From Catajapyx aquilonaris (taxonomy: Eukaryota), in assembly GCA_000934665.2 (NCBI GenBank), contig JYFJ02000049.1, positions 62,001 through 126,000 on the forward strand: a stretch of DNA of 64,000 nt, read 5' to 3'. Under the pieces are notes generated by a model. That model did no database searches. It was not told the DNA's origin and was given only the letters and a program-made list of their open reading frames with translations. Below are positions 25,881 through 37,197 of the stretch, in pieces. The translations under genes and the position numbers were made by a program. The first letter of the stretch is position 1. The number at the start of each line of letters is the position of its first letter.

Positions 25881-28800
25881 ATAAATACCGGTGAGGAGAT
25901 CCCTCACCTCCAAAAAACCAAACTTCCGCACCTTCAAAGGAGCAGCCAAATGTTTGACCCTTTTTTTTCTCCAAACTCTCCAGCTTCTACTGCTATAGAG
26001 TCAAGTTGCCGAGCAACTTTCTGGGCGTGACCTCTTCCTTTCCGAAGTGTTCCACGGCGCCATTACCTTGTTAAGTACCCGCGGTCGGTTCCCAAAGACG
26101 TTTTTCCCAGACACATTACGGTGCAGTTCACAGTCGCTACAAGGTGCACCTCCAGGTGATTGCTTTTCACGGCCAAACACATCCGGAATACCTGTCAGTG
26201 TGAACAGGTCCCTTTGGACATTAAAGGCACAACCAGCCGCAAATCCGTTTCTATATACACGCGTCCATAAATCCGCTTTGTAAACTTGAGAACAAGCCCT
26301 GGCAGAGCCCAGCCACTTGGCTAAACACTAATGAGTTTAAGTGTCCTGCTCGAGGAAAAGTTGGAGAATCGCAGCTAAGAGTTAGCACAAATTGTTGTCG
26401 GTTGGATGGCAGGCTAATTGAAACAGGTCGCATGCACGCTATCAAAGTAAGGCTTCCCTAAAAGAAAAAGAAAAAAACTTTTCCACCCCCAAAAAACCAG
26501 GAGAAGTTAACGCTCGGGTTGTCGCCTAATGAATTTAGCCCACCTCACGAGGGTTGTCCAGATGACTATTACTTCGGCACTTAAAGCAGAACTTATGGCG
26601 AGCTGCTACTCGCAAACTCGAAGACACCTTGCCAACTTCTGGCCCGTTTTTTCATCTGTAAGCGAAGAAGCGATGTTCCTACCAGCAGTTAAAAACCTCG
26701 TGAAAAGGCTGTAAACTTGAAAAGAGTTGAGGGGGGAAGTCACAGGATGGAACAGGCCAATGAAGTGGTGAAGACAACAACACGTGACGATTATTACTAA
26801 CAAATGCAAGGCTGACAAATGGCGAATCCTCCGGGAGTCCACCGGAAGGACGTCCCAAGAGGAAGTCAGACTGTTTTTGGGGTAGGAAATAAAAACGCAA
26901 TAAAAAGACACGAATAGAGCCTATTCTCACCCACTTACTTTTCCGGAACCCACTTGACGTCGTTCGTCACCACATTCCGATGACATTGCCAGCCCCTCTT
27001 TCCTGGAACACACACGCAGTCCCCGGAAGACATATACAGCTTCCCAGCAATTTATAGTTACAGATAAGTGCAGGTTGTATTTCCCCCCATGGATGTAGTC
27101 CGAACGGTCCAAAATCGGATTTAGTCACGGGGGTCGCAGCCACCTGGCGTGACCGACAGGGATATTGGTAATCCGTGGTCCGTGGCCAATTGGACCGCCA
27201 ACAATACAAGAGATGACCGTCATGGGAAGCAACAGTGGCGCATCCTCGTAAATACAAAAGTGTTCCTTGATAGCATCTTTATGAGGGGGGGTAAACTCTA
27301 TTGGTAGGGGGTTCCGTCGCGGTACAGCTGCGTTCTACCAATATGCATTATGCAAATGGGTCTCAGTTTCTGCAAGAATCAATATGATATAGGAGGGAGA
27401 GGCCCAGGGCGTTAATATTCATGGAATTGATTTTGAGCACGATCCTCCAAGCTGCAACGGATGGCAAAATGTTATCATTCGGGGCACAACCTAATTAGAG
27501 GGCATTTCATTTTTACGGTTATTTGTTTCCTTCGCCGTTACTTCATACAAGTGGCTGAATTTTTCATCCAGCTTATGACATGTGTCACTGCTGCACGCCT
27601 AGTTTCTACTCATGTTTATGTGTCTGAAGAACTACCACGATCAGTATAGAAAGGCGGGAACATAACAAAACGTGCTGAACCATTCAGTTTAGCCTGTCCG
27701 GCTTGATATTCTGTCCTCAATCACGTTGACTAGTGGCCAGCATCTTCAATAACGTGCTACAGTACGGTACTTCATTGTTCTCATCAAATAATACCTGCCA
27801 CTTGCGAGTGAGCAATTTATTTACCGTTTTTTGATTGAGTTGTTTTCCACCCAAATTGCTACAGGCATGGATGAGCGCAATTACTCAGACATCTGGATGG
27901 GTGATGACGCCGGATGTAACACTCTCTTCTTTTAATTTTGCTGCCGAACAGGCTGAAGATAGGGTCATAAAATTACATGCAATTGTTTTGTCAGTGAAAC
28001 AAAAACCATTTTCTTTTAATGGCACGCCAATAGCTCTGAGTTACCCCTATACACATAGTAAATGGTGCTGCGCATTCACACCAAAAGCGACAAATTTATT
28101 GTCCGTGCATCCCCACTTTTTGTGTACATACCGTGCCACATTATGTCTTAAATGGCTGCATTTGAAAGGCCAGGCTCTTGTGAAAAGACAGTGCAGAAGA
28201 AAAGAGAGGGGCCAGTCATCAATCATGATAATAACCAGCCCTTCTCCATTGGGTGCCGCGGATGTAGGAAGGTATTGGATGCGCGCGTTACATCGGGCCA
28301 ACCTTTTCAAATCCGAGGGATTAGGTGGCGCTCCTCTATGGATTCGCAAATCCATAACCCTTCATCAAAGATGACACCGGCATTGAGTGGCCCCCGTGCA
28401 TGGAAGCGCCCCTTTTGTGACGACGCTCGCTTAGTAGGGGACGCTTCCTGGGGCAGCCGACGGGGGTCGACACTGCACCAGCTATGTACACATATATTTT
28501 GACACTTCGGATGAGGGTTACTTCTTTTGTTCCGCTGCCTTAATCCAAATGGGTAAGCCAGATGCAAATCAACTGCCCGCTGGGGAAATTGGTGGGAACC
28601 CTTGTTGCATGAGGCCCACCCAAATATTCCCATCCTTTGGGCTGATGCCTCTCATTTGTATTATTCAATTCAGCCTGGAGGGAGGGAATCTCTTGGTGGG
28701 AGAGGGAAAGTGATGCCTGATGATGATTCGCAACAGGAACAATAATTGCGCTTCTCTTCAGCAGATGCTTCATCCTGCCGCCCATTTATCTTCCGCTCCA

Positions 28801-29789
28801 ATATCAACAAGATTTCCATTTATACTTGAAGTTGACGGAACGAGTTTACTGAATTGAAGGAATGTTACAACCTTGAACGCGAGTAATATTTAGTTACGGT
28901 GTGATCGTTAAATTAGTTGCGGCTCTTCAGAAAGGTTCACCGCGAAGAAAAATATTTACATCAGTCGAAAGCACGGTTTAAAAATTGACAAGGGGCTCAT
29001 TCAGCCTTGGTCATATGCAAGAAAAATATATCCTTATATGTACAATGTTCAGCGCATCTGGTTGTCGTCAAAATGGACGGAAATTCGCTTGTTTTATAAC
29101 CTAAAATCCTATTCCAACCATATTAGCCGAGGTTTGGGATTGACAGAAGCCTTGAACACACAAAAGCCGTAGTCCCCCGCATTTGAAGAGGAGTCCTCCA
29201 ACATTAAATCGAGGATCGACCCCTACGAAACCCCGACTCATTGACTTGACTTGTAATGACTGGACCAATTAGTGGCAATGTCCCCGTCTGTTCCCACAGG
29301 GGGAATGGGAAACTTCCACTTAGTATCATTACAACGTATGCTAGAGGCTCCAGGGTTCACCTGCCAGCGCGCTTCGTGCATGCCCAAAGTAAACTCAAGT
29401 TGACAATGTCCACATTCAGGGTGGCAGGTCATGTCCGCGGGAGGTTCCTCGTGACATGCACCGCGAACAAAGCCTCTCACTCACTCGATACTTTTGCCCT
29501 CAGTCTGCTGTATGTCAAACTATTCACTGGATACATTTTTTAAAACCTATACTAAGGGTGTTGATTACACGTTTGTTCAATTAGCCCTCTCTTTTCGGCG
29601 GTGTCAGCCCGTGAGAATGCATTAACAAAGGTGGTCCGTTTACAACCCTCAGACAGTGTTGCTCGTGACCTAACCAGGTTTGCTATCTTAATAAATATGC
29701 ACATAACTTATGACGGCCGCAGGTGACGTCACTCGGAATTATTAACAAAATGTGGGGTAGGTGGCTAGCAGGGACTGGTGAGTGGTCTT

Positions 29790-29817
29790 CCCCCGCCCCT
29801 GTCCCCTCCCCTGTCCC
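29790..29817 (-). other. G-quadruplex-forming sequence (minus strand)
   Basis: Five C-runs on the plus strand (5,4,4,4,3) separated by 1-3 nt loops. Confidence 0.5.
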
Positions 29818-30259
29818 TTGCTGGTCAAAAGTATGGGACGGGACAAGGGGGTCCCTACCCGATAATTGGATTCCTCTCTTATGAAAGAGGCGGCTGGGGT
29901 CCTTTGCTCCGAGGGCTCACTGCCCCCCTACCGCCAGCACCGAATGGATTTGGGTTGGGGGAAGCCTATCCCCAGTATGACCACCCTGAGCCTATAGGCC
30001 ATTTTTGAGCCTACTTGGCCTGACTCCAATCCGTCAAAAAAAAAGTATGAGCCCCAGTCGACAGCTGCCATCCGCAGCTTCCTTCATCACCTCGTCTGAG
30101 TCCTATTTCCTCAGGAATAGGCTGAAACAATGCCGGGTCTCCATCTCTCGTATATATATTCTAGTGGGGGAAGAATAAGTCATGTGGCGGTGTTGGCAGC
30201 GGGTGTTGGGTTAGATGGGCGCCAAGTGGAGTGTGTCGCGGTCTCTTTGATGCGAGTTA

Positions 30260-30299
30260 GGGGAGATGGGGGGACAATGGGTGGGGCAACCTCTGGGGG
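30260..30299 (+). other. G-quadruplex-forming sequence (plus strand)
   Basis: GGGG-agat-GGGGGG-acaat-GGG-t-GGGG-caacctct-GGGGG. Confidence 0.45.
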
Positions 30300-33200
30300 A
30301 CATCTGCCATCAGAGGACCGCCTGCCCGACACAACCGGACCCTGGGCTCCTTCAAGTGAATGCCGGAGCTGCTTTTGAAATGAGCTTCCAAACCAGGGGC
30401 AGTAAATCTATCAATTCTAGCCGAGGGAAAACACACCTATAGTGCCCATGGTCAACTAGGCACACGAGAAGAGGGGGAGTGAGGAGAACCAGAAGAAAAT
30501 TATGACTGTTAGTGTGGCTGGCCAGTAAACACTTTCATATAAAGTGCCTGCTGTGTGTGTGGCTAAGTGGGCTTGGAATGCTGCGGCTCCTATTATGATT
30601 GGCCGAGTAGACTTAGGCGTCTTTGTGCCAACAGTTTACTTTGTATCCGGCCACAGAGAGAAGCTTGGTAGTGTAAGTCGCAGCAGCGTGCAGGAATTTT
30701 TTTTCCTCACTCCTCCTTTTTCGACGACACGACAACAATCCGAGACCCTCCAGGAAATTCCAGGCCAAGAAAAAAGAAGCCAGGCGATGAAAACCGAAAA
30801 TGAATAGAACGAGAGCTCTTTTCTTCTCCGCGATGAAAGATTGGCTAACACACTCCTATTTTTCAAACCACTCTTTTGTTCCGGAAACAGATATATCCGC
30901 AGCTACTCCTAACTAATCATCAACCCAGCTCATTTGTAAATTATCCGGCAGTACTGGCAGCGTAACCAAATGTTTCCAAATCAATTGTTGAAGAGTACAT
31001 TATTGCAATGTTGGCTTCAAATCCTGAGCAGGTTTGGGAGCTCAGCCGGGGAGAGGCGCTTGGAGCTTCTCTCCTGTTGCTAAGCCCGTCCGTGCTGCCG
31101 CCTTTGGAGTTACCCCGAACTGCATTGGCTCTCTGAAAGTTTTCCAACAAACTTCTGGTCCACACCCATTGCACTAACTAGGTGAATAACATGCAGCTAC
31201 AGAGTACGGTACTTACGAGCGTAATGTGCGCCGGATCATCGCAGATGATAACATATAATGCAGAGTATTAACCATGTTTTAATAGCCTATAAGGCTGGAT
31301 ATCACGATCCTTGTCACTATTTTCTTTAAGAAAAAGTCTATAGAAAATATCAGCATAATATTTCGATTCGCATCCCATTTGGGCCACTAATCACATCAGG
31401 GAATGACGCAGAGTTGAACATGGCAAACTGGGCTAAATTCGCGGTTGTCAAGGGTGTGAGTCAGAGTTGTTGTCCCGACAGCGAAGAGGATCTTTGTCAC
31501 TTGCTCTGCCAATTTGAGATCGGGAGAGTGGCACCCTCGAGTGCTCAAACCAACTAGCGTGCTGCTTGCAGGCCCAAACCAGGTCTTAAAACCGGTGTTT
31601 TACGAGCCTGGATTGAAAAGGGGGCGAATAAAAAGGGTGGGTGGGGAAGAAGCAGCTATAAGACGACCTGAGTCCATCGCCTTGCATGCCGAAGCTCGTG
31701 CCTTTGACTTGATTGGATCAATGAAGAGCATTGTGGGTCGGCTAATAGGCCCCACAAATGAGGCCAAGTCGAGCAGTTTCCTCCTTGCAACGACCGCAAG
31801 CACGTGGAGACCGCCCAATGAAGCCTCCATAAAAGACAGTAATGAAGCTCATCGATGATGCGATCAATGCAACATCAGGCGCAATTTCCGACCCCGACGA
31901 CAGCCAAAATGGCCCATGACTTCAACCTTAAGCAGAGAGAGCTCACAAAACCATGAAATGGGAAAGATCACGTTTGCACCTTGCCTAAATGGGATGACTT
32001 TTTTCGGCTGTGAACCCGGGAACTCAGTCGATCGTAAATGAACTGCAAACTACTTAAAGCAATTAATTAAGAAATCAGCGGGCTTTCTAATTTTTAAAGG
32101 GTAGACGTGCGTATAGATGAACGGCAGTGTCGCATCAAAAGGCGTGGCTATCAATTAGTACAGGACATGAACACTTTATCTCCAAATTCATATAAATTGC
32201 ATGGTTGTCTACACTGATGTAGCTACAAATCAAGTCCTTACAAAATCTGGTTTTAATCCGAATTAACGCACACTCTAATATCCTCTCTAACGATTTACTG
32301 CATAAGTACGCTGCATCCTGCATGACATTAATGATACCGGTAAATTTCAAAAAAATTTCAAAAATAAAAGGCAGCTTCACGTCCCCAACTTGAGGCCACA
32401 ACAATCAGGAATACAAACTGCGCAGCGTCCGGGAATAGACTAAAAGCTGGTAAACCCCCGCCATTCATCAATTAGTGTCCGCAAATGGGACTGATCCATT
32501 TATCTTGAATGCAGTGACATTGCCTTTGACGCGTGGAGGGATCCCCCCACCTCCCACCCCTCCTATACCTCCCTAAAAAAATTTGTTGGGGGAAAAATGT
32601 CCAGCTTAGTCAGCATTTTGCGTGGAAGCTGGGGAGAGAGCAGGGTGTTTCAAAATTAGAGGGGTTAATCACTTTCGGACAATCCTCCCATTCGAGCACA
32701 CTATTTTTTTTCTCCATGGGGAAACTCGTGTGGCCTATCCCTAGGCCGCCCTAGGGTCCAATTAGGGGGGCCGGACGAGTGACGATGATTCCAGCAGAAT
32801 AATGAGAGACACGCCGAAAGGAAAGAGAAAAGCGAAGAAAAAGAGCTGGGGCTTTGCTGGTGCTAATAGGCAGACGGGAAAAGGTGGAAAGCCTCGGGTT
32901 TGAGAGGCCTTGTTATCGGTGGAATTAGCGGAGGGAACATGCGATTAACAGTCCGCGGCCAATTGGCACTTTGCTCTCCACAGACTTTAATCCCGGAGCA
33001 GGGTTCTCCCCTGCCAGTCTCCACAACTAACTTCCAACATTCCGGCCGCTGAAGTTTCACAGTCTTTTTTCTCTCCTAAAATTTCGGTGTATCCCGGACC
33101 CTGTCTAACTGGAGGGGATGTCCTCGTATGAAGATTCGCTGCACGTGGCTTGTTCCGGGGTTTACATTATGAATATTAAAGAAGCTGCGTTTGCACTAGG

Positions 33201-33866
33201 GCCCGTTATGAAGGGAGAAGATTCTTTCATTCCCATCGATTTGAAGGCACAGTAAACATTGCCAGGCACAGCTATGGCAGCAGATTCCCCCTTCCCCCAT
33301 GTCTTATAAGGGGGCACTTGAACTGAGAAGACGGCCGATTTTGGATCGAACGGGTCATATTCCACTAGGAGGGGAAGAAAATGTTACGACGTTGCTACGT
33401 GTGCAAGGGCTGTTGGTTTTCAGCGGATGTTTACGTCTCGCATAATAACTGCGCACGTTGAAAGATTGCTAATGGTGTATATTGATACCCATTTCGCATT
33501 GATTTTCGATGAGCCGGTTGTGATACACTGTTATGGTCCAAGCGACATATTTTAAGAATCTGCACTAACATTCTAGTAGTAGATTCTGTGCACATCCATC
33601 GTGCTAATTGGATGCACCCTTCGCAATTCATTTCCAATTCTGATAAGAGATGTCCCCTCCCTGTGAAAGAAGCCATTTTGAGGTCGCAACGAGCACATCT
33701 CCGGACTTTTTTCCGGTTTCGCATCACGGATGAATCACATTGTGAGGAGACCCGAGGCTCTCTCCCTGGACAAGCAAGGGGAAGATGACACAGATAATAG
33801 GCTTGGTGGGAAAAGCGGAGGAGGAGGAGGGGAAAAAAAGAACAGCACTAGTGGGAATTATGCATG

Positions 33867-33889
33867 TCCGCCCCTGGATCCGCCCCTGG
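33867..33889 (-). mobile_element. Solo hAT-type MITE terminus (CAGGGGCGGATCCAG)
   Basis: tccgcccctgg-a-tccgcccctgg; reverse complement CCAGGGGCGGATCCAGGGGCGGA, a common non-autonomous hAT end. No partner end seen. Confidence 0.4.
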
Positions 33890-35940
33890 GCCAGGCTCTT
33901 AATTGGAAGCCCTAATGAGGCCCAAACGATCTCTACGGGTCACGACCTCTCTCCAGCTTGTTTATAGTCCCTGGTAAAAAGAAAATCTCCCATTTGCAAG
34001 TCATTTTCTCCTTGGTTCATACTATGCTTTGAGTCGAGCTTCAATTTAAAACCGGGCAAATTTGGCTTTTTCCGAGCCTTCTGCTGGCTGACTCACGCTC
34101 TATCGCACTGCAGCGGAGGGAATTGGGAGACTGGAGGAATCAAAGAGGGAGGGGACCGCACCGTGTAATTGGCAAGAGTCATACGCATGTTATTAGTATC
34201 ACGCGACTCGATGGGGGGGACACACCACGAGGGGGAAAGTTGACAGAATGACAGGCTTTCCAGAAAATGCAACGCCTGCTGCATAGGCAAATAGCCGTGC
34301 ATGCGAAACACTTTGGTCATCTAACTGCCAGGATGACACTTCCCCCCCCCCCCTCCCCTCTTCACTTCCAGGCTTCTTTTCTCCAGGTTTTCAATATTCG
34401 CTAGGCATCCCTGGGAGCGCTCCAGCGGGCATGAATAACAAACGCCGGCTGCTGGCTTTGTCAACTCCCTACCTGAGAAGCCCATCCACCCACACCCCCT
34501 AACTTTGCCAGTTTCTCCGCGCCTTGATTAGCACGTAATGATACAGACGCTCCTAAAGACCTATTTCGCTCCCTTCCCCCCTATACTTCAGCAAGGGTAG
34601 GATGAAAGTTGCTCAGATATCTCTACAGCCTCTGGAACTATACACGGATTGCGTTTCCAGGACACAAATTTTCTTAGGATTGTTCGTTCCAACTTGCTGC
34701 AAGCTACATCTTAATTAGGTCTTTGCACAAGCTATAGACGAGGATCTTTTTTTTTTTAAATGTCTTTGGCTGAATCCATCAACACATCTTCTGATCTCAA
34801 ACCGACTGCTTACGAACACAATGGCTTGAGTCGGACACGATTCGGACCGGAATAAATTTTGGTCACGTCTCATAGACGACTAGAATTCTCCAGTGTGACA
34901 GGAAGAAGTGAGGAAAAAAAAAGAACTAGTCCGGGGGACTCAGTCGGAAGCACTTTGTGGAGCTTCTTCTTCCCAGTAAGAGGAACAAATCGACGCAGCG
35001 GAGAAAAGAATGTTCCGGATGATTTGGGTTGGCGGGAGCAGAGAGAAACCTGATTACCGGTCGGAGCAAAGGCAAATCCTGGCCTGTCAATCAGTCGCTG
35101 GCAAGTAAGCATTTCTCCCACCCCCACTGGTTGGAAAGAAAGAAAGCAAGGTGAAAGGCAACCTTGTAGTAGAGGGTGGGATGGCGCGTGTTTGCGTGCG
35201 CCATCCCCCGTGCACATCAGGGGTTGGAACCGGGTCAATACTCCTGTCACACACAATATGACTCAATTGCTGGCTCAAGTGGGCCGTAATGATGTTCCGA
35301 CGACTCTTTAGCAGGCGACGCCTCCACATTCCTTTCCGACTCCTGCCTTGAGCTTTTCTTCCTCAACATGATTGCTCCGATTGTTCCTGGCCGAACTCTA
35401 ATGTTAGCGTACCTGCTTCCGGTATAGTAGGCACTCAGTCGGTGGTTTACCGTACAAACTAATTTTCGGAGAGTATCGACCCTCTTTAGCACACCTGCTG
35501 TTTTTTATTAAAATGGTTAGTCATTTACTAGGAATCAAAGTTTCAGGCACGTGGTGCTAAGAAGGGTGAATCATCATTTTTCTGTACGTTGCCCAGAACG
35601 AAAAATTCCTGTAACCATCAGCGAAATCCTTCAAGTGCAAGTGACATTATCTGCCTCTCGGTTCAACGCCCGCAAGAAATATTGTCCACGTTCACTTCCT
35701 GCATATATAGCCTATGTGAGATGCGGTCTCATCAGCGCATTAAAAAAAAAATCCCCGCAGCTAGTTCCTAACCGCTAATGGCATTCTTCCGCAAATGAAA
35801 GATAAGGGACTGAGAAAGGCGACATTGCTTATTTCACCATCCGGAAGCCCTAATGAGCCTTTCTCAAGCCTCTCAGGTCATAAATCAGCCGACGATTGTC
35901 TACCCCCACCAAAAAAAGGCGATAAATACACGCACCTCAG

Positions 35941-36019
35941 CCTTACCTTGCTGACTCCACACATTTCCAAATATTGAACCGCAGCTTACCTGCAATATAG
36001 AGAGAGAAATCAGTTAGTG
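35941..36019 (-). other. Candidate recursive splice site (ratchet point) with 43-nt cryptic exon (35989-35947)
   Basis: Minus strand: CACTAAC (branch A at 36014, 24 nt upstream) TGA TTTCTCTCTCTATATT GCAG|GTAAGC, with AG at 35991-35990, GT at 35989-35988 and no intervening AG. Second donor CAAG|GTAAGG at 35946-35941. Confidence 0.7.
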
Positions 36020-36980
36020 AACAGTACACTCGGCTATGAGGATTAGTTACTCCCTCACTTTACCCCGTTCCCATGGAGACTCCAGCAAGAGTCTCATCAA
36101 AAGGACACGCGACTTATCACCATAACGGTTATCGGGGACGTGGAGATGGGGTGGGAGAAAACAGCATCCCGCTTAAAGGAGGACTTGGAAGCATAATTAC
36201 CGCAAGAATTAAGCGGAGGGCCAGAGGGTAATTTTCCAGACCCAGAGACGGATGGACCGCCATTAGGTGTCCATCCGGGCCTGATTTGCATGGGCTTTGT
36301 GCGCGATACCAATTTTAAGCGGGTGGAAACAATGGAGGGCTGGCATTAGGATGCTGGGCGTGTACAAAGCCGCTTTCTTCGCCGCCGCCAACTTAGCTGC
36401 TTTCTATTCAGACCTCATCTCCAGACCTTGTTTTCTACCCAGCGCCTCCTTTTTTTTAAGGAAGAAAATACACTTAACTATCGCCCTCACTTTTTTTTTT
36501 TAAACGGAGGCCATCAAATGTTTCCATGACCTATGGATCGGCTGCGCATTGAACAGTTCAGCGCTCAATGTTACACAATAATCGATCCGGGTTGTTTACA
36601 GCCCCTGGAGCCGGAAAATAGCAATAATTGTACGCTTGAAGCGATTAGAGCTCCCTTGTGCCTTTTGGTTGAAACCTGTGGGACAGCTTCAAAAGTACGC
36701 CTCAGTTACAATCAAACCAATATGACGTACAACAGGGGAGCTATTTGCAAGCCGGTCCTGGCATGCGAATAAATCTGGGGGAGCTCAATTGGAGCTGATA
36801 TGCAGCAATACCATTCCGGATTTCCCCTCCTCTTTGCCCTTGCTGCAATCGGAGAACAGCACCAAAATTATACGCTTCCCATCCCGTCATATCTCCTCAT
36901 CGCTCGTTTGGGTATATCGGACTGGGGAAAGGTGACGTCATTCCGGACTAATAGCCAAAAGTCTTGAGGTCCCCTCTATA

Positions 36981-37197
36981 CAGGGTGTACCGCAATTACA
37001 TGTACATCATACCAGAGTGAACTCCTGGGGAGCATTGGAGCACTTTATGTAGAGGTGTCATTTACTATCAGCAGCTTTGTTAGATAGATAACGAGCTTCA
37101 AACATTCTGCTAGGTATGCGTCCCAACAAACGACCTGTTTCATTTCAAATCATGAATTTTCTAGTACATCCTGTCGGAATTATTACAAAACACCCTG
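36981..37197. mobile_element. Tc1/mariner-type MITE relic, 217 bp, TA-flanked
   Basis: TA(36979-80)+CAGGGTGTACCGCAATTA at left; right end reverse-complements to CAGGGTGTTTTGTAATAA, followed by TA (37198-99); 13/18 identity. Extra internal degenerate end GTACATCCTG at 37164-37173. Confidence 0.6.
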
